Positions 46,626 to 56,623 of a stretch of DNA of 64,000 bases are shown in pieces (position 1 is the first letter of the stretch; the number at the start of each line of letters is the position of its first letter). Both the position numbers and the translations under genes were made by a program. The DNA lies in the NCBI GenBank assembly GCA_038253125.1, contig JBBSHM010000002.1, positions 946 to 64,945 on the forward strand, in the 5' to 3' direction. Under the pieces are notes generated by a model that saw only the letters and a list, made by a program, of their open reading frames with translations, was not told the DNA's origin and made no database searches. Source of the stretch: Acidimicrobiales bacterium. GTDB taxonomy: Bacteria > Actinomycetota > Acidimicrobiia > Acidimicrobiales > JAUJNH01.

Positions 46626-48374
46626 ATGGCCGATCCTGCCCTCGCTCTCGACGTCGCCCTGCGGCGGGCCATCGCCGCCGCGTTTCCCGAGGCCGCGGAC
46701 GCCGATCCGGTCGTGCGGCCCTCGGCCGATCCCCGCTTCGGGGACTACCAGGCCAACGGCGCCATGGCCCTGGCCAAGCGGGTGGGCCTGGCCCCCCGCG
46801 TTGTCGCCCAGGGGGTGGCCGACCTGCTTGACGCCGCCGCCGCCGGGGTGGAGCCACCTGAGGTCGCCGGTCCGGGGTTCGTGAACCTTCGCCTCACTGC
46901 GGCGTCGCTGTCCGACCGGCTCGGCGAGCTGGTCGCCGACGCCCGCCTCGGGGTCACCGGCGCCGAGCGGCCCGACCGGGTGGTGGTCGACTATTCCGCC
47001 CCGAACGTGGCCAAGGAGATGCACGTCGGCCACCTCCGGTCGACGATCATCGGCGACGCCCTGGTCCGCATCCTCGCTTTCTTGGGCCACGACGTGGTGC
47101 GCCAGAACCACGTCGGCGACTGGGGCACCCCGTTCGGCATGCTGATCGAGCACCTCCTCGACCTGGGTGAGGAGGAGGCGGCCGACGAGCTGTCGGTGGG
47201 CGACCTCACCGCCTTCTACCAGGAGGCCCGGAAGAAGTTCGACGCCGACCCCGGCTTCGCCGACCGGGCCCGCCGCCGGGTGGTTCAGCTGCAGGCCGGC
47301 GACAGCGAGACCCTCCGGCTGTGGCACCTGCTGGTCGAGGAGTCGAAGCGGTACTTCAACCTGGTCTACCGCCGTCTGCGGGTGCTGCTAACCGACGAAG
47401 ACCTGGCCGGCGAATCGTTCTACAACGACCTCCTGGGGCCAACCTGTGACGAGCTCCAGGAGCGGGGGATCGCCGTCGTCTCCGAAGGCGCCCTGTGCGT
47501 GTTCCCTCCCGGCTTCACCGGGCGCGACGGCGGCCCGATGCCGCTCATGGTCAAGAAGTCCGACGGCGGGTTCGGCTACGACGCCACCGACCTGGCCGCC
47601 CTGCGCTACCGGACCACCGACCTCAGGGCCACTCAGGTCATCTATGTCGTCGGCTCGCCTCAGGCTCAGCACCTGGCTCTGGCGTTCGCCGGTGCCGTGG
47701 TGGCCGGCTGGCTCGGAGGGACCACCGGTCGGCGGGCCGTACACGTCGCCTTCGGGTCGGTCCTGGGCGCGGATGGCCGGATGCTGAAGACCCGCAGTGG
47801 CGGCAGCGCCAAGCTGATCGACCTCCTGGACGAGGCGGTCGAGCGGGCGTCGGCCATCGTGGCCGAGCGCAGCGAGCTGTCGCCGCAGGAGCAGGCCGTG
47901 GTGGCCGAGGCCGTCGGCATCGGCGGCGTGAAGTACGCCGACCTCGCCAACGACCGCACCCGCGACTACAGCTTCGACTACGACCGCATGCTGGCCACCG
48001 ACGGCAACACCGGCGCCTACCTCCAGTACGCCGTGGCCCGCTGCTGTTCGATCCTGCGCCGGGGCGAGATTGAGGGCGCCTCGCCCGCTCTGCCCGTCGT
48101 GGTGGCCGAGCCGTCCGAGCGGGCACTGGCCCTGGCGCTGCTCCGGCTTGACGCCGCCGTCCAGGCTGCCGCCGCCGATCTGGCGCCCCACAAGCTGTGC
48201 GGTCACCTGTTCGACCTGGCCCAGGCCTTCACCTCGTTCTATGACGCCTGCCCGGTGCTGAAGGCCCCCGACGAAGCCAGCCGGGCCAGTCGCCTGACGC
48301 TGTGCCGGCTGACGGCCGACGCCCTCACCCTCGGACTCGGTCTTCTCGGGATACATGCCCCCGCCCGGATGTGA
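46626..48374 (+). CDS. argS: Arginine--tRNA ligase
   Basis: GDYQAN, PNVAKEMHVGHLRS, GDWGT.FG, KTRSG, YLQYA. Confidence 0.97.
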   Translation: MADPALALDVALRRAIAAAFPEAADADPVVRPSADPRFGDYQANGAMALAKRVGLAPRVVAQGVADLLDAAAAGVEPPEVAGPGFVNLRLTAASLSDRLGELVADARLGVTGAERPDRVVVDYSAPNVAKEMHVGHLRSTIIGDALVRILAFLGHDVVRQNHVGDWGTPFGMLIEHLLDLGEEEAADELSVGDLTAFYQEARKKFDADPGFADRARRRVVQLQAGDSETLRLWHLLVEESKRYFNLVYRRLRVLLTDEDLAGESFYNDLLGPTCDELQERGIAVVSEGALCVFPPGFTGRDGGPMPLMVKKSDGGFGYDATDLAALRYRTTDLRATQVIYVVGSPQAQHLALAFAGAVVAGWLGGTTGRRAVHVAFGSVLGADGRMLKTRSGGSAKLIDLLDEAVERASAIVAERSELSPQEQAVVAEAVGIGGVKYADLANDRTRDYSFDYDRMLATDGNTGAYLQYAVARCCSILRRGEIEGASPALPVVVAEPSERALALALLRLDAAVQAAAADLAPHKLCGHLFDLAQAFTSFYDACPVLKAPDEASRASRLTLCRLTADALTLGLGLLGIHAPARM

Positions 48375-48411
48375 GCTTCGCTGTGTGGGCTCCGCATGTG
48401 AACATGGAGCG

Positions 48412-48768
48412 GTGACAAAGGTGCTGGTCGTCGATGACGACCCGGTGATCGTGCGGCTCCTGCGGGTCAACTTCGAGATGGAGGGCTACGAGGTGGCGAC
48501 CGCCGCTGACGGTGAGGAGGCGCTGGCCGCCGTCCGCTCCAGCCGCCCTGACATCGTGGTCTCCGACGTGATGATGCCGAGGCTCGACGGGCTGGCACTG
48601 GCCTCCGCGCTCAAGGCCGATCCGGCCCTGGCCGCGATACCCGTGATCCTGCTCTCGGCCAAGGCGCAGAGCGCCGACGTTGACGCGGGCCTGGAAGTGG
48701 CGGACGCCTACATGACCAAGCCCTTCGACCCGCTCGAGCTGCTCGAACGTGTCGCGGCCCTGATCTGA
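48412..48768 (+). CDS. Single-domain response regulator (receiver only)
   Basis: VLVVDDD, SDVMMP..DG, LSA, KPF; no output domain; TGATG overlap with lysA. Confidence 0.9.
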   Translation: MTKVLVVDDDPVIVRLLRVNFEMEGYEVATAADGEEALAAVRSSRPDIVVSDVMMPRLDGLALASALKADPALAAIPVILLSAKAQSADVDAGLEVADAYMTKPFDPLELLERVAALI

Positions 48769-50057
48769 TGGCCGGGCCCCTTCCCCGCCACCTCCTGCCG
48801 GACACCGCGACGGTGGGCGTCGACGGACGGTGCTCGATCGGAGGGTGCGACCTGCTCGACCTGGCCTCCCGGTTCGGCACCCCTCTGTTCGTCTACGACG
48901 AGGCCCAGCTGAGGGCCCGCTGCCGGGAGGCGGTGGGCGCGTGGGGTGACGGTGTCGCCTATGCCACGAAGGCGTTCCTCTGCGTGGCCATGGCCCGCCT
49001 GGCGGTCGACGAGGCGATGCACCTCGACGTGTCGACCGGCGGCGAGCTGCACGTCGCATTGGCCGCCGGCGTGGTGCCCGAGCGCTTGGTGCTACACGGC
49101 AACAACAAGTCCGAGGCCGAGCTGGCGGCGGCGCTGTCGCTGGGCGTGGGGCGGATCGTGGTCGACTCCTTCGACGAGATCGACCGCATCCAGCGCCTGG
49201 CACCCGCCGCCGGCGCCAAGCCCCGTGTGCTGGTGCGCATCACGCCTGGCATCGAGGCCCACACCCATGAGTTCGTGCGCACCGGCCAGGACGACTCGAA
49301 GTTCGGCTTCACCGTGGCGACCGGGCTGGCGGCCGAGGCGGTGGGTCGCCTGCGTCGCCTCGAGCAGGCCGGGATCGTCGAGCTGGTGGGCCTCCACGCC
49401 CACATCGGGTCGAACGTCTTCAGCCTTGGCTCCTTCGAGCAGGCGGCCGAGGTGCTGGCCGGCATGGCGGCCCGACTGGGCCTGCCAGAGCTAGTGGTGG
49501 GCGGCGGCCTCGGTGTCCCGTACGTGGGGGGCGAGGAGGCCCCGAGCATCGCCTCGTGGGCCAAGGTCACCCGCGCCGCCCTGGTGGCCGGCGGTCTCGA
49601 CCCTGCGGTGCGGGTGACCGCCGAGCCCGGCCGCTCCCTGGTGGCCGCCGCCGCCGTCACCCTCTACACGGTGGGAACCATCAAGGCCCTGTCCGGCATC
49701 CGCACCTACGTGGCGGTGGACGGCGGCATGAGCGACAACCCCCGCCCCGTCCTGTACGGCAGCGGCTATGAACCGTTCCTGCCCCGCGCCACCGGAGCCG
49801 ACCGCCCCCTGGGCGTGCGGATAGTCGGCAAGCACTGCGAGTCAGGCGACGTGCTGGTGGCCAACGGCTTCGTACCTGATGATCTCGCCGTAGGCGACGT
49901 GCTGGCCACGCCGGTCACCGGCGCCTACGGCCACTCGATGGCCAGCACCTACAACAAGGTCCCCCGTCCCCCTGTGGTCTTCGTCGGCGACGGCTCCGCC
50001 CGCTTGGTCGTCCGCCGAGAGACCCTCGACGACCTCCTGGCCCAGGACCTCGGCTAA
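48768..50057 (+). CDS. lysA: Diaminopimelate decarboxylase
   Basis: YATKAF, HGNNK, SKFG, HAHIGS, GGGLG, EPGRS, HCESGD, GAY. Confidence 0.96.
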   Translation: MAGPLPRHLLPDTATVGVDGRCSIGGCDLLDLASRFGTPLFVYDEAQLRARCREAVGAWGDGVAYATKAFLCVAMARLAVDEAMHLDVSTGGELHVALAAGVVPERLVLHGNNKSEAELAAALSLGVGRIVVDSFDEIDRIQRLAPAAGAKPRVLVRITPGIEAHTHEFVRTGQDDSKFGFTVATGLAAEAVGRLRRLEQAGIVELVGLHAHIGSNVFSLGSFEQAAEVLAGMAARLGLPELVVGGGLGVPYVGGEEAPSIASWAKVTRAALVAGGLDPAVRVTAEPGRSLVAAAAVTLYTVGTIKALSGIRTYVAVDGGMSDNPRPVLYGSGYEPFLPRATGADRPLGVRIVGKHCESGDVLVANGFVPDDLAVGDVLATPVTGAYGHSMASTYNKVPRPPVVFVGDGSARLVVRRETLDDLLAQDLG

Positions 50058-50085
50058 CCGGTGATGCTCACTACCCTCGGATGCC

Positions 50086-51384
50086 GTGACCACCGATGCC
50101 CCCCTCAGCGCGCCGGTGCGGGTGGGGCTGCTCGGCTGCGGCAACGTCGGTGCCGCCTTGGCCGCCCTCCTGGCCGAGCAGGGAGGCGGCCTCTTCGCCC
50201 GCACCGGGCTCAGCCTGGAGCTGACGTGGGTCGCCGTGCGCAACACCGCCAAGAACCACGGCCCGGATGTCCCGGAGCACCTGCTCACTAACGACGCCGC
50301 CGCGGTGGTGGTGGCCGACGACGTCGATGTGGTCGTCGAGCTCATCGGGGGCATCGAGCCGGCGCGCTCGCTGATCCTCGACGCCCTGAAGGCCGGCAAG
50401 CCGGTGGTCACCGCCAACAAGGAGCTGGTCGCCGACCTCGGTGAGGAGCTTTTCCAGGCCGCCGCCGCCGCCGGGGTCGACCTGCTGTTCGAGGCGGCGG
50501 TGGCTGGTGGGATCCCCATCGTCCGGCCGCTGCGTGAGTCCCTGGCCGGTGAGCGGCTGACACGGGTAATGGGGATCGTGAACGGCACCACCAACTACAT
50601 CCTCACCAAGATGGAAGCGGGCGAGGGCTACGCCGAGGCGTTGTCCGAGGCCCAGTCGTTAGGTTTCGCCGAGCGGGATCCGACAGCGGACGTGGAGGGG
50701 TTCGACGCCTCGGCCAAGGCGGCGATCATCGCCACCATCGCCTTTGGCCACAAGGTCGTTGCCGGAGACGTGGCCCGTGAGGGCATCAGCAGCCTCACCT
50801 CGGCCGACTTCGCCTTTGCCCGCCGGATGGGCTTCGTCATCAAGCTGCTGGCCGTCGCCGAGCGCCACGAGGACGGGTCGGTGTCGGCCCGGGTCCACCC
50901 TTCGCTGGTGCCGGTGGGCCACCCGCTCGCCAGCGTGCGTGACAGCTTCAACGCCGTGTTCGTCGAGGGCGAGGCCGTCGGCGAGCTGATGTTCTTCGGG
51001 CGAGGCGCAGGTGGCAAGCCGACAGCCAGTGCCGTGCTGGGTGACCTCCTCGACGCTGCCCACTCCCTGCGGGGCGGAGCCCCCGGTCGCCTGCCCCAGC
51101 CCGACCGGGCTCGGATCCGCCCCTTCGAGGAGATGGCGTCGCCGTACTACGTCAGCCTGCTGGTGCGTGACCAGCCTGGTGTGCTCTCCACCGTTGCCGG
51201 CGTCTTCGGTGCCCACCGGGTCAGCATCCGCTCGATGGAGCAGGAGGGTGCGCCGGGGGGCGACGCCCGCATCGACTTCATCACCCACACCGCCACCGAG
51301 CGCGACGTGCAGGCCACCCTGGCCGAGCTGCGTGAGCTCGATGTCGTCGACGCCATCGGCGGGCTGATCCGCGTGGTGGCCTGA
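50086..51384 (+). CDS. hom: Homoserine dehydrogenase
   Basis: [43 protein letters not shown]-terminal ACT domain. Confidence 0.96.
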   Translation: MTTDAPLSAPVRVGLLGCGNVGAALAALLAEQGGGLFARTGLSLELTWVAVRNTAKNHGPDVPEHLLTNDAAAVVVADDVDVVVELIGGIEPARSLILDALKAGKPVVTANKELVADLGEELFQAAAAAGVDLLFEAAVAGGIPIVRPLRESLAGERLTRVMGIVNGTTNYILTKMEAGEGYAEALSEAQSLGFAERDPTADVEGFDASAKAAIIATIAFGHKVVAGDVAREGISSLTSADFAFARRMGFVIKLLAVAERHEDGSVSARVHPSLVPVGHPLASVRDSFNAVFVEGEAVGELMFFGRGAGGKPTASAVLGDLLDAAHSLRGGAPGRLPQPDRARIRPFEEMASPYYVSLLVRDQPGVLSTVAGVFGAHRVSIRSMEQEGAPGGDARIDFITHTATERDVQATLAELRELDVVDAIGGLIRVVA

Positions 51385-51386
51385 TC

Positions 51387-52433
51387 GTGGCGGCGCCGGG
51401 CTGGCGGGGCCTCATCGAGGAGTACCGCGAGTTCCTTCCGGTCACCCCGACGACCCCGGTGATCACCCTACTGGAGGGCGCCACTCCGCTGTTGCACGCC
51501 GACCGCCTGTCCGAGCGCGTGGGGGCCGACGTCTGGCTCAAGTACGAGGGCGCCAACCCGACCGGTTCGTTCAAGGACCGGGGCATGACCCTGGCGATCA
51601 CCAAGGCGGCCGAGGACGGCGCCAAGGCGGTGGTCTGCGCCAGCACCGGAAACACCAGTGCGTCGGCCGCCGCCTACGCCGCCCGGGCCGGGCTGACCTG
51701 CGCCGTGCTCATCCCCGACGGCTACATCGCCCTCGGCAAGCTGACCCAGGCCCTCGTCCACGGTGCCCGGGTCCTTCAGATCCGTGGCAACTTCGACCGG
51801 GCGCTGGCCATCGTGCGCGAGCTGGGCGAGCACGCCCCCCTCACCATCGTTAACTCGGTGAACGCCTTCCGCATCGAAGGCCAGAAGACGGGCGCCTTTG
51901 AGATCGTCGATGTGCTGGGCGACGCCCCTGACGTCCACTGCATCCCGGTTGGCAACGCCGGCAACATCACCGCCTACTGGAGGGGCTACCTCGAGTACCG
52001 GGCGGCGGGCCTGGCCACCAGGCTGCCCCGGATGCTCGGCTTCCAGGCGGCCGGGGCGGCTCCGATCGTCGCTGGTCACCCGATAGAGGAGCCGGAGACT
52101 GTGGCGACGGCCATACGGATCGGCAACCCGGCCAGCTGGTACGGGGCGACGGCAGCGGCGAGTGAGTCGGGCGGTTCGATCACCGCGGTGACCGACGAGG
52201 AGATCCTGGCCGCCTACCGCTTCCTCGCCGCCGAGGAGAGCGTCTACTGCGAACCGGCCTCGGCCGCCTCGGTGGCCGGGCTGCTGAAGGTGGGTGTGGA
52301 GCCCGGCGCCAGCGTGGTGTGCGTGCTAACCGGCAACGGCCTGAAGGACCCGGACACAGCCGTCGGCCAGATCAGCCCGCCGGCGTCCATCGCCGCCGAC
52401 TACGGCGCCATCGTCGAACAGCTGGGGTTGTAG
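51387..52433 (+). CDS. thrC: Threonine synthase
   Basis: [46 protein letters not shown]. Confidence 0.96.
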   Translation: MAAPGWRGLIEEYREFLPVTPTTPVITLLEGATPLLHADRLSERVGADVWLKYEGANPTGSFKDRGMTLAITKAAEDGAKAVVCASTGNTSASAAAYAARAGLTCAVLIPDGYIALGKLTQALVHGARVLQIRGNFDRALAIVRELGEHAPLTIVNSVNAFRIEGQKTGAFEIVDVLGDAPDVHCIPVGNAGNITAYWRGYLEYRAAGLATRLPRMLGFQAAGAAPIVAGHPIEEPETVATAIRIGNPASWYGATAAASESGGSITAVTDEEILAAYRFLAAEESVYCEPASAASVAGLLKVGVEPGASVVCVLTGNGLKDPDTAVGQISPPASIAADYGAIVEQLGL

Positions 52434-52663
52434 CCGCCACCTTCCGTTGTCGTTGCTCGGGGTGAGGCACTACGGTTCGGCTCGGTTCCTCCGGTGCGGG
52501 CTGGCCTCGGCAACGGGTCCGGCCCGCCTGTCGTCGACCAAGCCCCATCTCCGCTTGTGCAGCGATGAGCACCGGCCTGCCGCCGTCCGCCCGGGCGGCC
52601 CCTGAGCCCCCGCCAACAGATCAGCCGAACAAACCGATCAGCCGACGTGCAAGGAAGGTGACG

Positions 52664-54631
52664 ATGAGCGGAGCGCCGCAGCTCGAACGCTCGGTCCTCG
52701 AGGGCAAGGAGCGAGACGAGCTCCTGGCCATCGCCGTAGCCCTGGGCCAGAAGGCCGGGGCCCGGGCGAAGAAGAGCGACCTCGTCGACGTCATCCTGCG
52801 GGCTACCGGCGTCGACGCCGACCCGTCTGCCGTCAGCGCCTCGGACACCAAGCCGCGGCGCTCACCCCGCAAACGAGCAACGGGGGCGTTGCCCGAACCC
52901 GCGGCCGGTGACACCGCAGAGCCGCCCCGGGGTCGAGACGAAGAGGCCGAAGGATCCCCTGCGTCGCTCCCGATGCCCGTCGATGGCGCCGGGCCACACG
53001 GGTCAGAGCGCGCCGCCGAGCAGGCGCCGGCGGCTTCGGAGGCGCAGCCCGACGAGGTGCAGCCCGACGAGGTGCAGCCTGGCCAGGCGCAGCCGGCTCA
53101 GGCCAAGCCGGGCGACGCTCAGCCCAGCCCGGCTCAGCCCGGTCAGATCCAGCCTGGTCAGGCTCAGCCCGCCTCCAGCCAACCATCGACTAGGACGTCA
53201 GCCGAACCCAGGCCCTACCAGCCCCGTGTGCCGCAACAGCCGCCGGGGCCTCCGGGCCCGGGGAACCACGCTTCGCCGCCGGCTCAGGCCCAGCAGGAAC
53301 AGCACCGTCAGCAGGGTCAGCAGGGTCAGCAGGGTCAGCGCAACCAGGAGAGCCAGCCAGGTCCGCAGGGCGAGGCCGGGCCGGGCGGCGGGCCCGAGGG
53401 TGAGGTGCGCCGCAACCGACGCCGGCGTGGTCGTGATCGTCTGGGTCCGGGATACGACCAGCAGGCCCAACAGGCCGATCAGGCGTTCTCGGGGGAGCCC
53501 GTGCCGTGCGACGGCCTACTCGACCTGCGGCCCGAGGGCTTCGGCTTCCTGCGCACCGGCGGCTACCTGCCCGGCGCCGAAGACGTCTACGTCTCCATCA
53601 GCCAGGTGCGCAGGTTCGCCCTGCGGGCCGGGGACCGCATCGTCGGGGCCAGCCGCCCCGCCACCACCCAGGAGCGGTTCGGCGCCCTTCTGCGCATCGA
53701 CGCCGTCGGCGAGCTGAACGCCGACCAGGCCCGCCGCCGCCCCCGCTTCGAGGACCTCACACCGCTGTTCCCCGATGAGCAGCTGAAGCTGGAGATGAGC
53801 GACCCGGCCGATCCCGCCAACACCACCGGTCGGATCATCGACCTGCTGTCGCCCATCGGCAAGGGCCAGCGCGGGATGATCGTCTCACCCCCCAAGGCCG
53901 GCAAGACCACCGTGATGAAGCATATCGCCACGGCAATCGCCGCCAACCACCCCGAGGTCGACCTGATCGTGCTGCTAGTCGACGAGCGGCCCGAGGAGGT
54001 GACCGACATGCGCCGCAGCGTGAAGGGCGAGGTGATCGGCTCCACCTTCGACCGGCCAGCCGAGGAGCACGCCCAGGTGGCCGAGCTGGTCATCCAGGTG
54101 GCCAAGCGGCGGGTCGAGCTGGGACGCGATGTCGTCATTATCCTGGACGGCATCACCCGGCTGTCCCGGGCCTACAACCTGGCGGCGCCGGCCTCGGGCC
54201 GGATCATGTCGGGCGGCCTGGATTCGGCGGCCCTGTACCCGCCCAAGCGCTTCTTCGGCGCCGCCCGCAACGTCGAGGAGGGCGGCTCGCTCACCATCCT
54301 GGCCACGGCCCTGGTCGAGACCGGCTCGGCCATGGACACGGTCATCTTCGAGGAGTTCAAGGGCACCGGCAACATGGAGCTGCGCCTGGACCGGCGGCTG
54401 GCCGAGCGGCGCATGTACCCGGCGATCGATGTCACCGGATCGTCCACCCGCCATGAGGAGCTGCTGCTCACCAAGGACGAGCTGCACCTGGTGTGGCAGC
54501 TCCGGCGGGTGCTGGTCGCCCTCGGCCAGGAGAGCTCGGGACACAAGGGCTACGAGCTGCTCCTCGACCGGCTGAAGCACTCGCGCACGAACGCCGACTT
54601 CCTGGCCGATCTGGCCCGCACCCCGTCCTGA
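52664..54631 (+). CDS. rho: Transcription termination factor Rho with Q/P-rich insertion
   Basis: [42 protein letters not shown]; start ATG 52664 after AAGGAAGGTG. Confidence 0.96.
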   Translation: MSGAPQLERSVLEGKERDELLAIAVALGQKAGARAKKSDLVDVILRATGVDADPSAVSASDTKPRRSPRKRATGALPEPAAGDTAEPPRGRDEEAEGSPASLPMPVDGAGPHGSERAAEQAPAASEAQPDEVQPDEVQPGQAQPAQAKPGDAQPSPAQPGQIQPGQAQPASSQPSTRTSAEPRPYQPRVPQQPPGPPGPGNHASPPAQAQQEQHRQQGQQGQQGQRNQESQPGPQGEAGPGGGPEGEVRRNRRRRGRDRLGPGYDQQAQQADQAFSGEPVPCDGLLDLRPEGFGFLRTGGYLPGAEDVYVSISQVRRFALRAGDRIVGASRPATTQERFGALLRIDAVGELNADQARRRPRFEDLTPLFPDEQLKLEMSDPADPANTTGRIIDLLSPIGKGQRGMIVSPPKAGKTTVMKHIATAIAANHPEVDLIVLLVDERPEEVTDMRRSVKGEVIGSTFDRPAEEHAQVAELVIQVAKRRVELGRDVVIILDGITRLSRAYNLAAPASGRIMSGGLDSAALYPPKRFFGAARNVEEGGSLTILATALVETGSAMDTVIFEEFKGTGNMELRLDRRLAERRMYPAIDVTGSSTRHEELLLTKDELHLVWQLRRVLVALGQESSGHKGYELLLDRLKHSRTNADFLADLARTPS

Positions 54632-54675
54632 GCTGGCGGGAACAGACGCCGTGGCCCTACCGTTGAAAGGCCCCT

Positions 54676-54882
54676 ATGAAGACTGACATCCACCCCAACT
54701 ACGAATCGGCTCGCGTCGTGTGCTCCTGCGGGAACGTCTTCACGACCCGGTCCACCAAGCCCGAGATGCGCATCGAGCTGTGCAACGAGTGCCACCCCTT
54801 CTACACCGGCAAGCAGAAGCTGGTGGACACCGGTGGTCGCGTCGAGCGGTTCGAGCGCCGCTACGGCCGCCGCAAGAAGTAG
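54676..54882 (+). CDS. rpmE: 50S ribosomal protein L31 (Zn-binding type)
   Basis: [34 protein letters not shown]. Confidence 0.97.
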   Translation: MKTDIHPNYESARVVCSCGNVFTTRSTKPEMRIELCNECHPFYTGKQKLVDTGGRVERFERRYGRRKK

Positions 54883-54951
54883 CGCCACCCTCGCCGCCTC
54901 GAGCCGCTGAGCCACCCCTCGGGGAAGGCGGCCCGGGACGGCTGCCGCCCG

Positions 54952-55494
54952 ATGGCTCGCATCCTGCTCCTCTGCACCGCCAACCAGTGCCGCTCACCGA
55001 TGGGCGAGGTGATCCTGCGCGCCCACCGCCCGGCGCTCGAGGTGCGGTCGGCCGGCCGCCTCCCGGGCGGGGTCGCTGCCAGCGCCACCGCCGTGGAGGT
55101 GCTGGCCGAACGGGGCCTGGATCTGTCCAAGCACGTCAGCCAGACGGCGACGGCCGAGCTGGTGGCCGGCAGTGACCTGATCGTGGCCATGGCCCGCGAG
55201 CACGCCCGTGACGCCGTGCTGCTGCGACCGGAGGCCCGGAACCGCACGTTCACCTTGAAGGGCCTCGTCCGCCGGGGCGAGCAGGTCGGCTCCCGGAACG
55301 CTGCCCAGCCGCTGGAAGCCTGGCTGACCGAGGCCGTCGCCGGCCGGACGACCGCCGACCTGCTGGGCTCGACGGCGGCCGACGAGGTGGACGACCCGAT
55401 CGGTCAGAGCGCGGACCGCTACCGGGCCTGCGCGGACGAGCTGGACGACCTGCTGGGCCGCCTGGCCGCCGTCGCCTTCCCCGGCACCGCGTGA
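54952..55494 (+). CDS. Low-molecular-weight phosphatase (LMW-PTP/ArsC fold)
   Basis: CTANQCRS P-loop, SAG, DL+..M, VDDPIG. Confidence 0.88.
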   Translation: MARILLLCTANQCRSPMGEVILRAHRPALEVRSAGRLPGGVAASATAVEVLAERGLDLSKHVSQTATAELVAGSDLIVAMAREHARDAVLLRPEARNRTFTLKGLVRRGEQVGSRNAAQPLEAWLTEAVAGRTTADLLGSTAADEVDDPIGQSADRYRACADELDDLLGRLAAVAFPGTA

Positions 55495-55523
55495 CGTCCC
55501 CCGCCGCCACCGCCCACCCCTCG

Positions 55524-55571
55524 TTCTGTCGGGAGAAGTGGTGCGCCGGGCGACAGCTACTCCCGACAGAA
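55524..55571. repeat. 48-bp palindromic intergenic repeat, copy 3
   Basis: TTCTGTCGGGAG...CTCCCGACAGAA; same length as copies 1 and 2. Confidence 0.87.
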
Positions 55572-55591
55572 GCGGGGTTGTCGTGAGCCTG

Positions 55592-56623
55592 ATGGAGGCC
55601 AAGGCGGTCGGCGTGGCCCGCTCCCAGGGAGCCGTGCCGGTGGGCGAGCCCCAGCCGCTGCTGGGTGGGGCGGCCACGATGGCCGAGGGCGGCGGGGCGT
55701 GGGTGCTGGTCCAACGCGAACCCGAGCGGGCGCTGGGGGCGGCGCTGGCCTGGTCGCTGCGCCACGGCGCCACGTCGATCACCTGTGTGATCGACACCGG
55801 TCCCGACGGCCGTCCACAGCTGGGCGCCGCCGCCCTGGTGGCGGCCAAGGCGGCGGCTCTGGCCGGCCCCCGCTGCGGCACTTGCGGTCCGTTGCGACCC
55901 GTGACCGTCCTGGCGCTGACCCGCTCTGCGGTCGAGGCCGTGGCCCCGGCCGAGCTGCCCACGGGCCAGCCCACCGCCCCCTCCGCGTCGGCCGCCCTGC
56001 GCCTCAACGACGCCGCCGCCGCCCGGGTCGACGTGGTCGCCTACCCGAACGGCGGCCTGGCCTTCGAGGTGCTCGGGCTGGAGGTGGCCCGGGTGGCGCC
56101 CGACGGCTCACTCCTCGTCGGCGCCGGCAAGCACGACCGTGACGCCACCAACGAGCTGTACGCCGGCGAGCCCACCAGGGAGGCGCTGGTGCGGGCCGCC
56201 GAGGTGCTCCGCCAGGAACGGCAGGCCGGCGCCCAGCCCGGGCCGCCCAACCTCCTGCAGCGTGAGCGGTGGCTGCGCCACGCCCTGGTGGCCGACCCTT
56301 CGCCGCTCGCCTCCTCGCAGGTCGACGGGCCGCTTGTGGCCGTGGCCGATCCCGCTCCTCCCGTCGACCTGCGCCGGGCGCGCCCGGCGGCCGCCACCGC
56401 CGATGGCGGCCGGGTGCTGGTGGTGTGCTCGGCCGGCGTGGACCTCGACCTGGTGCCCACCGCGGCGTGGATGCGAGCCTTCGCCGCCCCCTCCGCTGAG
56501 CGCGTCGTGCTGGTCGTCCCCCACGGCTGCGATCAACCCATCCAGAGGGACATGACGTCGTTCCTGCCGGTGCCGGCCCAGGTCATCGCCGTGACGCCCC
56601 CGTGGGAGGATGCACACCGGTGA
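55592..56623 (+). CDS. Hypothetical protein
   Basis: Long ORF with 'EVLGLEVARV', 'VGAGKHDR', 'ERWLR', 'VVCSAGVDLDLVP'; stop overlaps the prfA start; start estimated. Confidence 0.72.
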   Translation: MEAKAVGVARSQGAVPVGEPQPLLGGAATMAEGGGAWVLVQREPERALGAALAWSLRHGATSITCVIDTGPDGRPQLGAAALVAAKAAALAGPRCGTCGPLRPVTVLALTRSAVEAVAPAELPTGQPTAPSASAALRLNDAAAARVDVVAYPNGGLAFEVLGLEVARVAPDGSLLVGAGKHDRDATNELYAGEPTREALVRAAEVLRQERQAGAQPGPPNLLQRERWLRHALVADPSPLASSQVDGPLVAVADPAPPVDLRRARPAAATADGGRVLVVCSAGVDLDLVPTAAWMRAFAAPSAERVVLVVPHGCDQPIQRDMTSFLPVPAQVIAVTPPWEDAHR

